Source of the DNA: an uncultured Ruficoccus sp.
GTDB lineage: Bacteria > Verrucomicrobiota > Verrucomicrobiia > Opitutales > Cerasicoccaceae
Direction of reading: 5' to 3'
NCBI GenBank assembly: GCA_965140785.1
Contig: OZ223519.1
Span: 192,001 to 256,000, forward strand
DNA length: 64,000 nucleotides
Shown: piece by piece, positions 40,339 through 50,279 of the stretch
Position numbering within the stretch: the first letter of the stretch is position 1
How the letters are laid out: every line of letters starts with the position of its first letter
The notes under the pieces: generated by a model
What the model was told of the DNA's origin: nothing
The model's database searches: none
The model's input: the letters and a program-made list of their open reading frames with translations, nothing else
Program-made: the position numbers and the translations under genes

Positions 40339-43086
40339 TCACTCGCTCTCCGGCACGGAGTCGGGCGTTTTCAGTACGAGTTGGGTTTTTCCGTCAGGGC
40401 TTTGGGTGAAGCTGACCTCTTGGCTCAGACCGTCTTTCTCAATCGTCCAGACAGGGGCGTAGGAGTCGTCGTAAGTGATGGCCACCTCGGCGGTGGCGTC
40501 GCCCTTACCGGGGATGAGCAGGGAATAGTAGTGCATCTGCTCGACCGGGTCGAGGGGGCGCCAAGTCAACCCGAGCGCGCTGCCCAGGCTGCCTTCGCCG
40601 GAGCCGCCCGGATAGTAGGAGTAGCCCAGGTGCATGTAGCCCTGACGCATGGCCAGCTCCAGCACGTCGTCCGACTCGACCCAGAGGGAGAGGTTGGCGC
40701 CGGGGCGCTGAAGCAGCCAGCCGGCGTCCGGCAGCGGCGAAAGCTGGCTCTCCCCGTTGAAGTTGCTCAGCAGGATATTCAGGGAGGGAACCTGCGGCTG
40801 GGACAGCCGGATGGTGTCCTCAATGACGAAGGCGTCTAGCGCCTTGAGATACCACACGGTGCGCAGCATCGATTCCGGGTCGGATTTATAGGAGTCCTTG
40901 GCTTGGCTGGCGACTTTGACCCACGTGTCGTTATCCTCGAATTCCGTGAACTCCGCCACCCGGTCGCGGGTCTGGTTCTCGCCGTCGAGGGCGATGGTGT
41001 TGTGGGTGGTGGTAGCGATGTCCCAGCTCTTGTGGATCGGGTTGCGGTAGCTGGCGCGACCGGGCGCGATGGCCAGGTAATCGCCATGCGCGAAGAGCAG
41101 GAAGGCGTTGCGGTTGGGCCGGTCGTGCGAATAACCGGTTCCGGCGGCGCCGCCGCTGCGTAGCGCGAAGACCGTGTCGTCGCCGAAGTTCCAGCCCGAG
41201 CGGATGATCGCCAGGCCGTTGTCGAAGGTACGGGCCAGCGGTAGGCCCTTTTCCTGCGGCGAGACCGGGGCGGGCAGATCGCCGTTGCTGCGGCTGAGGC
41301 GGAAGCAGAACTCATAGACGTTCATTTTGGTCGAGGGGTGGATCAGGTTTTGGCTGATCCAGGTGCCCAGTCCGTCGTCGTAAATGTAGGCCAGGGATTC
41401 CGACACCAGGCGGGTGAAGGTCGTGCGCCCCTTCGGACCGGTGAGAAAGTCGTCGTCGCCGAAGTTCACGCGCCAGGCGCTGGTGACGCCGTCGTACTCG
41501 CCCTTGATAAAGTAGGTGACCATCCAGTCCAGCGAACCGCGCAGGGACTTGTCCTGGAGCAGTTCCTTGCCGCGCTCCGCGCCAAGGGCCCACCAGCCGA
41601 AGAGAAAACGGGAGAAGCCGTACTCGAAGTAACCCTGAGGCTCGCCGTAGCTGCCGTCCGGCTCGACCGATGTGGTCCAGCGCTCAAGCGTGTCGATGGC
41701 AACCTGCTCAGCCGCCTTGTCCTTTTGGGCAATGGCGCCAATGAGCCCGCCGCTGCCGATGACGGCGAGGAAGTTGTTTTTGTGTTTGCGGCCCGGGCCC
41801 TCCATCCAGCGCAGGGAAGGATCGAGACCCTTCTGCTGGATCATCTTCTGGACATGGGCGTACTCCTCCTGGCTGAAGAGGTCCTGGCACCAGTCCAGGG
41901 AGAGGCTGATACTGCGGGTCATTTCCGCGCACTCAAGCTGCCCGACCGGCCAGGCCGGGTCATAGGTGCGCAGCTCGGAGTGGATCCAGAAGTACGTGGG
42001 CCGGTCGGCCAGATCGAGGATCAACTGTCGAACGAGCTGACCCACATGCTGCTCGCCGGTGGCGGCATACAGCATCGCCAGCCGGGCCAGCCAGGGGCGG
42101 ACGACATAGGTGAAGCGGCTGGCCTCTTCCTCGGCCAGTTCGAAGCGGCCATTCTTGAGGAGCTTGCGTGCTTTTTCTTCGTTGGTTTCCCAGAAATCCT
42201 TCATCGCCGGTTCGGACGCCAGTTGCTCCTCCAGCCGGGCAAAGTCCTTGCGGTCGAATAGAATGCCGTGCTGGAAGGCCGGGTTTTTCACCCGCTCGGG
42301 GTCGATGGTGAAGACCAGGCTGTCGGCATCTTCCACCGGTTCCCAGGTGGGCAGAGTGGGCGCTTCGCCGGTGTCGGGCTCGCCCGGGGCGGGCGTGAAC
42401 CAGCGCGGCATATTGGCCAGGAATTTCTCATCACCCTTGATGGTCAGGCTCTCGAACCACAGTTCGTTGCCCGCATGGGTCGTCGCATAGAGTGTCATCT
42501 GATCGCCGGAGGCCAGGCCCCGGGCGGGGTAGGGGGCGAAGTCCTTCGCTTCGACGCCGTCCACCGACGCGGCGACAAGGGCTCCTTTCTCCGCATTGTA
42601 GGTCAGCGTGACGGTCTGGATTTTGTTCGGGGCAAAGGCTCCGATGGCAACGTCCTTATCCGTCTGCGGGTCGTGCAGGAAGATCGCCTGATTGCTCGCG
42701 CGCAGCTCCCATGCGCCTTTTTTCAGGAACCAGTTCAGGCCCTTGCCGTTCACCGGCACTGCCCCGAGGCGGATTTCGATGGTGGCCTGGGGGAAGGGCG
42801 GCAGGGCCGGGGAAGGAATCTCCAGCACGCTTTTCTCACCTTCCACGTTGGGGATGACCAAACGAGGGGGAGACGCCTGCCCGGTTGCACCCATGCTATC
42901 GTGCAACTGTAGCTTGGCGCTACCCTCGTAGGCCCAACCCTCGGGAGGTGTGTCCGCCGACTCCCAGTCTGCCGCCTCGACGTGCCAGAAGGTCTTGTCG
43001 GGCACATTCGTCTGACCCTGGGCGGGTAAATCGCTCGCCAGGCAGGTGGCCAAGGCAGTGACGACAGGAAGCAGGCGGAGTAACAT
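40339..43086 (-). CDS. Secreted heparinase II/III-like polysaccharide lyase with an N-terminal beta-rich accessory domain
   Basis: Signal peptide MLLRLLPVVTALATCLA; helical region with KNNF, PDGSYGEPQGYFEYG, VNFGDD; beta region GLAIIRSGW, SHDRPNRNAFLL, TTTHNTIALDGENQ. Confidence 0.8.
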   Translation of the reverse strand: MLLRLLPVVTALATCLASDLPAQGQTNVPDKTFWHVEAADWESADTPPEGWAYEGSAKLQLHDSMGATGQASPPRLVIPNVEGEKSVLEIPSPALPPFPQATIEIRLGAVPVNGKGLNWFLKKGAWELRASNQAIFLHDPQTDKDVAIGAFAPNKIQTVTLTYNAEKGALVAASVDGVEAKDFAPYPARGLASGDQMTLYATTHAGNELWFESLTIKGDEKFLANMPRWFTPAPGEPDTGEAPTLPTWEPVEDADSLVFTIDPERVKNPAFQHGILFDRKDFARLEEQLASEPAMKDFWETNEEKARKLLKNGRFELAEEEASRFTYVVRPWLARLAMLYAATGEQHVGQLVRQLILDLADRPTYFWIHSELRTYDPAWPVGQLECAEMTRSISLSLDWCQDLFSQEEYAHVQKMIQQKGLDPSLRWMEGPGRKHKNNFLAVIGSGGLIGAIAQKDKAAEQVAIDTLERWTTSVEPDGSYGEPQGYFEYGFSRFLFGWWALGAERGKELLQDKSLRGSLDWMVTYFIKGEYDGVTSAWRVNFGDDDFLTGPKGRTTFTRLVSESLAYIYDDGLGTWISQNLIHPSTKMNVYEFCFRLSRSNGDLPAPVSPQEKGLPLARTFDNGLAIIRSGWNFGDDTVFALRSGGAAGTGYSHDRPNRNAFLLFAHGDYLAIAPGRASYRNPIHKSWDIATTTHNTIALDGENQTRDRVAEFTEFEDNDTWVKVASQAKDSYKSDPESMLRTVWYLKALDAFVIEDTIRLSQPQVPSLNILLSNFNGESQLSPLPDAGWLLQRPGANLSLWVESDDVLELAMRQGYMHLGYSYYPGGSGEGSLGSALGLTWRPLDPVEQMHYYSLLIPGKGDATAEVAITYDDSYAPVWTIEKDGLSQEVSFTQSPDGKTQLVLKTPDSVPESE

Positions 43087-43212
43087 AATCTTTATCTTCA
43101 AGGGTTGGAATGAACTTAGCGGCCCTTTTCCAGGCATACAACTCCCCCTGCGGCACCGGCGGGCGCCGCTGACAATGGGGAAAGCTGAATGAGCCGCGGC
43201 TAAACCCGGCGT

Positions 43213-44085
43213 CTAGCGACGGGCGCGGAAGCGGCGGCGCAGGAAGGGAATTATGGCCGTCGTGCCAATGAGCAGCAGCAGGGCACTCGAGGAAGGCTCG
43301 GGGACGATCGTCAGGCCACTGACCGAGTACGACCAGGTTTCGTTCGGGCTGTCGTCTTTATTCATCAGTGTATTGAACATGACATGCTGGCTGACATTGG
43401 TCCCGCTGCGGAACTCCAGATTATCGTCACTGGTGAAATTGCCTTCGGTCGAAGTGATCGAGGCACCCCAGCGACGGGCTGCGGAGTCAATCGTGATGTC
43501 GAAGGTATAGACACCCGATTCAACGAAATTGAGACCGGTGTTGATCGACGAATTACCCGACACATCTCCATTTCTCAGGGAGATGGCACTGCTGCTACTG
43601 ATGAGGATACCCCAGGTCTGGGAAGAGCTGCTGGTTGTACCGGTGATGGCGCCTTGAGAGCCAAAAAAACCGATAAAATCATTACTACCGAAGCCGTCCA
43701 GACTGTCGGCCCGGATGGTGAACGAGATCGTATAAACCGAGGGCAGTTCACCGACATCGTAGCCGCGGTTGATTGAACTGCGGTGTTGCTTTACAACGGC
43801 ATTTGAAGTAATCGTAGCCTGCAGGTAGTTGTTGCTGCCAACAATCGGGTTGGCATTGGTGACGGTCGGCGTGAGCGTGGCTTCCTCCGCGTAAGTCTCC
43901 CAAGCCGTCGTCCAGCCGCCCCCGCTGGTGCCGACGAACTGGGTGGAGGGGTTGGAGGTGCCTTCGCCGCCGGAAAAGTCCGCCACGATGTCAGCGTGGA
44001 GGTATGCCGAGCCCATCAGGGTCAGACCAGTTAGGGGCAAGAGGCGGAGCATTCGTGCGAGAGAGAGTTTTTTGTGGGTAAGCAT
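43213..44085 (-). CDS. PEP-CTERM surface protein (Ser/Thr/Gly-rich, beta-sandwich-like)
   Basis: Signal peptide; C-terminus IVPEPSSSALLLLIGTTAIIPFLRRRFRARR. Confidence 0.92.
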   Translation of the reverse strand: MLTHKKLSLARMLRLLPLTGLTLMGSAYLHADIVADFSGGEGTSNPSTQFVGTSGGGWTTAWETYAEEATLTPTVTNANPIVGSNNYLQATITSNAVVKQHRSSINRGYDVGELPSVYTISFTIRADSLDGFGSNDFIGFFGSQGAITGTTSSSSQTWGILISSSSAISLRNGDVSGNSSINTGLNFVESGVYTFDITIDSAARRWGASITSTEGNFTSDDNLEFRSGTNVSQHVMFNTLMNKDDSPNETWSYSVSGLTIVPEPSSSALLLLIGTTAIIPFLRRRFRARR

Positions 44086-44172
44086 GGTTTTCTTGGGTTG
44101 GGTTAGCTGTTTTCGGGCTGGCCTCTTTGACGGCCTGCACGTGGGTAAATGATAGCAATTTCAGGCATTTTT

Positions 44173-44214
44173 GTCTATGTGCCTGAAGTGAGATTCTTTG
44201 TCCTATATTGATCA
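44173..44214 (-). promoter_or_regulatory. Shared operator/promoter copy D (upstream of the PEP-CTERM/lyase unit)
   Basis: Minus strand: TCAATATAGGACAAAG-AATC-TCA...ATAGACA; TAGACA-17 bp-TATCAT. Confidence 0.65.
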
Positions 44215-44468
44215 AAGATACTGCATGTGCGCCGGGGTTGTGCGCAAGCGTGGGGAGGAGACGGGTAAAAGAGTAGGTTGTTGCCGGAAATTGATGCGGG
44301 AACTGCGTCTCATGCTATTCTTACCGTTTGGTATGTCGATGCTAATTCTATTGAATCCAAGGTTCTATAAGAGTTCAGGGCGATCTGGCGTGTTGTGCGT
44401 TCTACTTTATTAGAGGCTGTATATTTGCCTTATATTGACAAAAGTGGAGGGTCGTATTTGTTGGAGGT

Positions 44469-45374
44469 ATGGGACTAGTCCTGTACGAAACCTCGAATCT
44501 CGAGCCCCCACTGGTTTACTCGGATGAGCGCGTTTTTATTGTCCCTCCGCGGGGGCGGGTGACGGTCCCGAACCGCGAATTCAAGATCGTTTATTTCCTC
44601 CGTGCGCAAGGGCGTCTGTGCATCGATACCCATCACACCTATGAGCTTTCGGATGGGGCGTTGGTTGTCTTCCCGCGCGCCTGCAAACACCTTTACGAAA
44701 ACAGCTCACCCGACGGGTCCGCGCAGATCCACGCCTTCCGATTGGCGCTCCAGCCGCGGGAAAAAATCCGCTGCATGAAGGATGTCCGCAAGAAGCATTT
44801 TTTTACGGAAAACTTCTCTCTCCCTCAGATGACCAGTGCTCTGCACGAGCCGGCCATTATCGAAAACATCAACCTTATCCGCCGCGAGGTCGAGCAGAAG
44901 GCATCGGGCTGGGAGCTGGCGGTGAACGCCGCCATCTGGCAATTCCTCGTCTCGGCGGCTCGTGCTTTTCAGACGACTGACCAGCCCGCCAAGAAAACGG
45001 TTTCGACACGCTTTCTCATTGTCAACAAAGCCCGCGAGTACATCCACAAAAATTACCACCGCCCCCTCACGCTGGGAGAGATCGCGCTCTATGTGGACCG
45101 TGGCGAGGAGCACCTCGCCCGCGAGTTCAAAAAGAGCCTGGGCATCACGGTCTTTCAATACCTGCGCCAGACCCGGATCGAGGCCGCGATCAGCCTGATG
45201 GCGGATTCGGCCTATTCGCTGACCCAGATAGCTTCACTGACGGGCTTCAGTACGCTGGCCTTTTTCAGCCGCTGCTTCCGGGAGGCCACCGGTAAGTCGC
45301 CTTCGGCCTACCGATCGGAGCTGGCCAGCCAGTTGATCATGCCCGAGGGCCAGAATCGCTACGAAATGTACTGA
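44469..45374 (+). CDS. AraC family regulator (paralog of 48522-49442)
   Basis: GGAGG RBS; LTLGEIALYVDRGEEHLAREFK...SLTQIASLTGFSTLAFFSRCF...SPSAYR. Confidence 0.93.
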   Translation: MGLVLYETSNLEPPLVYSDERVFIVPPRGRVTVPNREFKIVYFLRAQGRLCIDTHHTYELSDGALVVFPRACKHLYENSSPDGSAQIHAFRLALQPREKIRCMKDVRKKHFFTENFSLPQMTSALHEPAIIENINLIRREVEQKASGWELAVNAAIWQFLVSAARAFQTTDQPAKKTVSTRFLIVNKAREYIHKNYHRPLTLGEIALYVDRGEEHLAREFKKSLGITVFQYLRQTRIEAAISLMADSAYSLTQIASLTGFSTLAFFSRCFREATGKSPSAYRSELASQLIMPEGQNRYEMY

Positions 45375-45392
45375 GCGGCTAGCCGGGATTAT

Positions 45393-45430
45393 GAAATAAA
45401 TCAGGCGTATCCGCTTATGGATACGCCTGA
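45393..45430 (-). terminator. Terminator of the GH88-RraA-dehydrogenase unit
   Basis: 12-bp stem TCAGGCGTATCC/GGATACGCCTGA followed by TTTATTTC on the minus strand. Confidence 0.7.
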
Positions 45431-45475
45431 GGAAATTCGGACGGATATTGTTGGTGGCGAACGCTTGGCGCCCGC

Positions 45476-46459
45476 TCAGGATTCGCTCATGGTTTTGACG
45501 CGATCGAGCGTGAGCGAAGTCTGAGGCTTTTCTCCCCGGAAATAGCGGTCGAACTCATCGGCGAGGAAGTCCCAGCGCTGCTCGAACTCGATCGGGTTGT
45601 TGGCCCGGTGGGGTGTCAGCAGCACGTTATCCCGACCCCGTAGGGGGCTGTGTTCGGGCAGGGGTTCTTCTTCGAAGACATCGAGCGCGAGGTGGATGTT
45701 GCGCGTGGCGGCGGCTTCGGCCATGGCCGCCTCATCCACCATCTTGCCCCGGGCGATGTTTACAAAGAGTGCGCGCTCACCCATGCGGGCGAAGTGCTCG
45801 GCCCCGACGAGGTGGGTCGTCTCGGCGGTATGGCCACCGGAGAGGATGATGATTTCACATTCGGAGAAAATCTCTTCCATCCCGGCGCGGGTGACATTCA
45901 GCTTGGCGGCTTCCTCCTCGGACATGTGGCCGGAGCGTACCCAGATGTCGTCCGTGAAGAGGCGGAAAAGGTCGTAGATGCCGCGTCCGATCAGACCGAA
46001 GCCGATGATGCCGACCCGGCGGTTGTGCAGGATGCGTGAGCGGGGGTACTTGAAGCGCGGCCACGGCTCCGCACTGTTCATGTGGTGATGGTAATTATGG
46101 ATCTCCAACAGGGAACTGAGGACGAGTCCGAGCGTGTACTCGGCCATGGGCCGAGGCCGGGTCGGTCCGGTGTGGATGACGTGTAGTCCTTTTTCAATGG
46201 CATACACATCGTCGATGCTCTGCCGGGTGCCGCCGTAGGTCGTTCCCACGAGCTTCAGACTGTCGCCGGCGTCGATAACTTTTTGCGTGATCACCACCTC
46301 GGGTGTATAGGGCACGATGACGGCCTCATGCCCGGCGATGTTGGCGAGCAGGGAGTCCTCCGTGCAGGTTTCCAGTTCGGTGAGGTCGGCGTGCTTGAGC
46401 AGCCGCTGACGCGCTTCGTCGTCGGCCACTTTGCAGCCAAAAAGGATTTTGGGTTTCAT
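45476..46459 (-). CDS. D-isomer-specific 2-hydroxyacid dehydrogenase
   Basis: MAEYTLGL, VGIIGFGLIG, FVNIARGKMVDE, ALDVFEEEPL, VLLTPHRA. Confidence 0.9.
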   Translation of the reverse strand: MKPKILFGCKVADDEARQRLLKHADLTELETCTEDSLLANIAGHEAVIVPYTPEVVITQKVIDAGDSLKLVGTTYGGTRQSIDDVYAIEKGLHVIHTGPTRPRPMAEYTLGLVLSSLLEIHNYHHHMNSAEPWPRFKYPRSRILHNRRVGIIGFGLIGRGIYDLFRLFTDDIWVRSGHMSEEEAAKLNVTRAGMEEIFSECEIIILSGGHTAETTHLVGAEHFARMGERALFVNIARGKMVDEAAMAEAAATRNIHLALDVFEEEPLPEHSPLRGRDNVLLTPHRANNPIEFEQRWDFLADEFDRYFRGEKPQTSLTLDRVKTMSES

Positions 46460-46611
46460 GGGTCCGTGCTTTTGAGGATGGGTTCGTATGGCGCGCTAGG
46501 AGCACGCTTGTGAGAATGACAGAGTGGCAAGGGAAGGCCCGGCCTGGCGAGGATTTCTCTTCGCGGGCTCACGGGATTCCGTTTGTCCTTGGTGGGGCAA
46601 AGACGCCCGGC

Positions 46612-47337
46612 TCAGAAGTAGCCGCCGCGTTCGACAATTTCGCTGGTCGAGAGGCCGTCCTGTACCCACTTTTTCAGTTCGCCTTCGCTGTTGGCGATTT
46701 CTTCGGCCCGCAACAGCACCTCGTAGGCGATGTCGCGGGGCACGACGATGCATCCGTCGATATCGCCGAAGATAATGTCGCCGGGGAAGATGTCCACCTC
46801 GCCGATGCGGATCGGGGTCTGCCAGCCGCTGATGCGGAAGCGCCCGAGCATGCCGTTGGAGCTGCGGTACTTGACGAAGACGGGGAAATTCTGCGGCAGG
46901 ACGCGGTCGGTGTCACGCACACCGCCGTCAACGATCGCTCCGCGGCAGCCGCGGCGTTTGGCGGCCATGGTCATGACCTCGCCCCACTGGGCGGACTCGT
47001 CGTCGCCGCTGGTGTCCCAGGCGATAACGGACTGCGGGGGGAGCGAGTCGAGCATGCGGGCGCGCTCCTCCATCTCGTCCTTGATCTGCAGGCTTTTGGC
47101 CCCCTTGATCGTGAAGACAGGACCGGCCACCTTCATGGTCTCCCGCAGCGGCATAATGTTGTTGGGCAGGGTCTGGTGCGTGAGGTTCTTTTCGCGCAGC
47201 ACGTCATTGACGGCGGCGGTAAATAACGCCTCGTAGCGTTCGCACAGTTCCTGTTCCGGAATGGGGAAGGCGGTCAGCTCTTTGTCCGCGCGTGCGGCCT
47301 TGAGCTGCGTTAAGTCCATGAGCGGTTGATTGGCCAT
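46612..47337 (-). CDS. RraA family / HMG-CHA class II aldolase-like protein
   Basis: TAAVNDVL, KVAGPVFT, AQWGEVMT, GAIVDGGVRD, IFPGDIIFGDIDGCIVVP. Confidence 0.9.
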   Translation of the reverse strand: MANQPLMDLTQLKAARADKELTAFPIPEQELCERYEALFTAAVNDVLREKNLTHQTLPNNIMPLRETMKVAGPVFTIKGAKSLQIKDEMEERARMLDSLPPQSVIAWDTSGDDESAQWGEVMTMAAKRRGCRGAIVDGGVRDTDRVLPQNFPVFVKYRSSNGMLGRFRISGWQTPIRIGEVDIFPGDIIFGDIDGCIVVPRDIAYEVLLRAEEIANSEGELKKWVQDGLSTSEIVERGGYF

Positions 47338-47361
47338 GATTGGTAAGTGTTGAAAGGGGGA

Positions 47362-48405
47362 TTATTTAATGTCAGTGATGCCGAGCAGGTGTGCCTGGCC
47401 CATTGCCAGGACCACCGGGCCGAAGGCGTGAACGTCGTTGAGTACCGGGGGCGTGGCCTTGTACTCCAGAATGGTTCCCTGACCGGGGCAGAGACAGCCG
47501 CGGCAGGTATGGTAAATGTCGGTGTCGCTACTGATGTAGGCGAGGAGGCCCTTGAGGCCGCGCTCAAAGCGTGCGCGCTCGCTCTCCCCGACGATGCCGG
47601 CGGTGAGGCCCAGTCCGAGCGCATAGAGTATCAGGCCGCTGCCTGAAGTCTCCACGTAGGAGCGGTCGTGGTCCGTCATTTCCTGATGCCAGAGTCCCTG
47701 CTCGTCCTGGAAGTCCGCACAGGCGCGGACGTGATCGAGGTACTGGGCGACGGCTTCCTTTTTATGCGGATGAGCCTCCGGAAGATAGACGGCCAGCTCG
47801 GCCATGGCGAGGGCGCCCCAGCCATTACCACGGCTCCAGTGGTCTTCGGACTGATGACCGGGACCCCGCATATTGCGGCTCTGGTGCAGCAGGCCGTTCT
47901 CCTTTTCGTTGAAAATCCGGACCATCTTGTTCGTTTGCTGAAAGGCTTCCCCGACGTAGTCATCGTTATTCAGCGCCAGACCCGCGAAAAGCAGGAAGGG
48001 AGAAACGGCGAAGGCCACATCGATCCAGATCACGTCCTCACCAGGCAGGCGAGGGTGGGTCAGGATCCCGTTGGGGGTGCGCACGGCGTCGTTGAGGATC
48101 TCGTCCGCGTAAAAGCGGACGGTCTTCTCGGCCTCGGGCAGCAGCCCACGGTAAAGCATCCAGGCTGTGCCGTTACCGCCGCACAGATAGTTGGGGAAAT
48201 TGACGTAAAAGTCCCGTTCGCCCTTCACATAAGGGTCGAACTGCTTCCGCGCTTCGGCGATGAGTTTTTCGTCGCCGGTTTCACTGGCGAGCCGGGCCAG
48301 TCCGTGCAGCGAAACAATGCCCGCGTAGTGGTCGAAGTTTTTATGTACCTCGAGGTGTTTGTGGAAGGCGGACAAGGCCAAGGGTAAGGTGGAAGCCGTT
48401 TTCAT
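47362..48405 (-). CDS. GH88/GH105 unsaturated glycuronyl hydrolase
   Basis: RTPNGILTH, IWIDVAF, NGLLHQ, WSRGNGW, QDEQGLWHQ, YVETSGS, HAFGP; no signal peptide. Start could be 48417. Confidence 0.88.
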   Translation of the reverse strand: MKTASTLPLALSAFHKHLEVHKNFDHYAGIVSLHGLARLASETGDEKLIAEARKQFDPYVKGERDFYVNFPNYLCGGNGTAWMLYRGLLPEAEKTVRFYADEILNDAVRTPNGILTHPRLPGEDVIWIDVAFAVSPFLLFAGLALNNDDYVGEAFQQTNKMVRIFNEKENGLLHQSRNMRGPGHQSEDHWSRGNGWGALAMAELAVYLPEAHPHKKEAVAQYLDHVRACADFQDEQGLWHQEMTDHDRSYVETSGSGLILYALGLGLTAGIVGESERARFERGLKGLLAYISSDTDIYHTCRGCLCPGQGTILEYKATPPVLNDVHAFGPVVLAMGQAHLLGITDIK

Positions 48406-48438
48406 GGAATGCCTCATTAAATCAAAATGCACGCCCCG

Positions 48439-48480
48439 CGTCTATAGTATCGATTGATATATCTTTCACTATTTTGACTT
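48439..48480 (-). promoter_or_regulatory. Shared operator/promoter copy A (upstream of the GH88-RraA-dehydrogenase unit)
   Basis: Minus strand AAGTCAAAATAGTGAAAGATATATCAATCGATACTATAGACG; TAGACG-17 bp-TTTAAT. Confidence 0.75.
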
Positions 48481-48521
48481 GGGTCTTGTTGCCGGGCTGG
48501 GAAATGCGATATGTTTGTTTT

Positions 48522-49442
48522 ATGGGATACAGCTCGCATTCGATGGAGAATCTTGGGCAGCCGTTTCTGATCGCGGACGAAATGGTTTTCTATATCCCGA
48601 AGGGCGGGCAGGTCGTCATCACCAAGGACCAGTTCAAGCTGCTCTTCGTCCTCAAGGGCGAAATCCTGCACGACCTCGATGGGCTGGCAGAGCACACGCT
48701 GCTCAAGGAGGGGGACGTGCTCGTGTGTCCCGGCTTTCGGCAGCATCGGTTTACCAACCCCGACCCTGCCCGCGTGCGCCAGTTGCACGTGATGCGCCTG
48801 TTTCTCGACGGCGAAGCCATCCGCAAGTGCGCCCATCGGCGGGTGCGGCGCCCCGAGAACAACCTCAGCGACTTTGTTTATCACCACTTCAACCGCACTG
48901 TCCAGTTCGTCGGTGGAATTGACGGTGAAATCATTCAGTCGCTCAATGCCCTGCGCCGGGAAACCGAGCAGCGGGGCATCGGCTACCGGCACCGTGCCCG
49001 TTCGCTGTGCACGGACTTGCTCATCTCGGTGGCGCGTAAGCTGGGGGAGTGCGACAAGCAGCAGGAGCCCCGGGGGAAGAACGGGGCGAGTCATCTGGTC
49101 GCGGCCAGCAAGGAGTACATCTTGAAGAATCTTGATGCCAAGCTCACGCTCGGGGAAATCGCCTGGTACGCGGGCAAGGGAGAGGAGCATCTGGCGCGGG
49201 TCTTTAAGCGCGAAACCGGGCAGAGTGTATTCGACTACGTGCGCGAAATGCGGGTCAACCAGGCCAAGACCTACCTGCTGGATTCGTCCCTGAGCCTGAC
49301 GCGTATCGCCGGGTTGTGCGGTTTCTCCTCGCTATCATTTTTCAGCCGTACCTTTAGCGAACTGGTGGGTATCTCCCCCTCGGCCTATCGCCAGCATATC
49401 GAGACCTCGGTCTTGCCGCATCCTGCGGGTCAGGAGGGATAA
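48522..49442 (+). CDS. AraC family regulator (paralog of 44469-45374)
   Basis: LTLGEIAWYAGKGEEHLARVFK...SLTRIAGLCGFSSLSFFSRTF...SPSAYR; start uncertain (48522 or 48543). Confidence 0.92.
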   Translation: MGYSSHSMENLGQPFLIADEMVFYIPKGGQVVITKDQFKLLFVLKGEILHDLDGLAEHTLLKEGDVLVCPGFRQHRFTNPDPARVRQLHVMRLFLDGEAIRKCAHRRVRRPENNLSDFVYHHFNRTVQFVGGIDGEIIQSLNALRRETEQRGIGYRHRARSLCTDLLISVARKLGECDKQQEPRGKNGASHLVAASKEYILKNLDAKLTLGEIAWYAGKGEEHLARVFKRETGQSVFDYVREMRVNQAKTYLLDSSLSLTRIAGLCGFSSLSFFSRTFSELVGISPSAYRQHIETSVLPHPAGQEG

Positions 49443-49507
49443 GAAAAATCGTCCCTTTGCCGGAGGAGAATCCTATGGCTGGTTACTGCCAGGGGATGCC
49501 CGCGGCA

Positions 49508-50254
49508 TTAGGTGCCGGGTATTCCGCGAGGAGCCGTTTCTCGTTTCTGCACGACTTGGTAGTACTTGCGGATACTTGGGGTGGCTCCTGCCTCTCCGTA
49601 TATAAAGACCCAGGCCCGGCGTTGCTTGGGAGAAGCCCAGCGGGACTGGTAGATCATGTTCCATTCGCTGTTGCGGGCATTGGAGGCCATCTGGACATCG
49701 ACGTTCTTTGTGTCAACGTCGGCGAGGGAGACGATGTGATTACGACCGGGCGCGACCTGGAACTTTTCATCGCCCACCCGGATCGCCATCGCGGCCCCGG
49801 TGAGATTGTAGAAGTTAAAGGCATTGGCCGTAAACCCGGACCCGGCATCGGGCAGGGCGAGAATCTTATAGGCCTGCTGCGCTCCGCTGGTGGAAGGCAG
49901 GAAGACCAGCAATAGCCGTTTGACGTTGCGGGGGATGGTGACGGAAGTCTGGAGATCGTAGAGGATTTCGCCTTCCGGGCCGGTACGCTGGGTGTAGAAG
50001 CCCATTTCCGGGGAGCCGCGATAGGTCAGTTCATGACCGGGAGCGCCGTTGGGGATAAAGAGCGAGACGGGCTTGCCTCCATCGAAGTAGAGCAGGTCCT
50101 GAATCGAGCCCTGCCAGGAGAGCGCGTAAAAGGAGACGGAGACGGGCTCCTCTTCCTGCTGGGCATGGGCGAACGGCGTGAGGCTCGCGAGCAGACCAAG
50201 GCTCAGTAGGGCTCTGCGTGCCAGGAGAGAGGGGAGTGAAGTCGTCAGGCTCAT
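49508..50254 (-). CDS. Exported hypothetical protein, partner of the upstream pilin-like gene
   Basis: Signal peptide ending PFAHA-QQ; beta-rich mature region; starts 25 bp after the upstream stop. Confidence 0.78.
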   Translation of the reverse strand: MSLTTSLPSLLARRALLSLGLLASLTPFAHAQQEEEPVSVSFYALSWQGSIQDLLYFDGGKPVSLFIPNGAPGHELTYRGSPEMGFYTQRTGPEGEILYDLQTSVTIPRNVKRLLLVFLPSTSGAQQAYKILALPDAGSGFTANAFNFYNLTGAAMAIRVGDEKFQVAPGRNHIVSLADVDTKNVDVQMASNARNSEWNMIYQSRWASPKQRRAWVFIYGEAGATPSIRKYYQVVQKRETAPRGIPGT

Positions 50255-50279
50255 AGGAAATCGAGAGGGCGTTGGGGGG

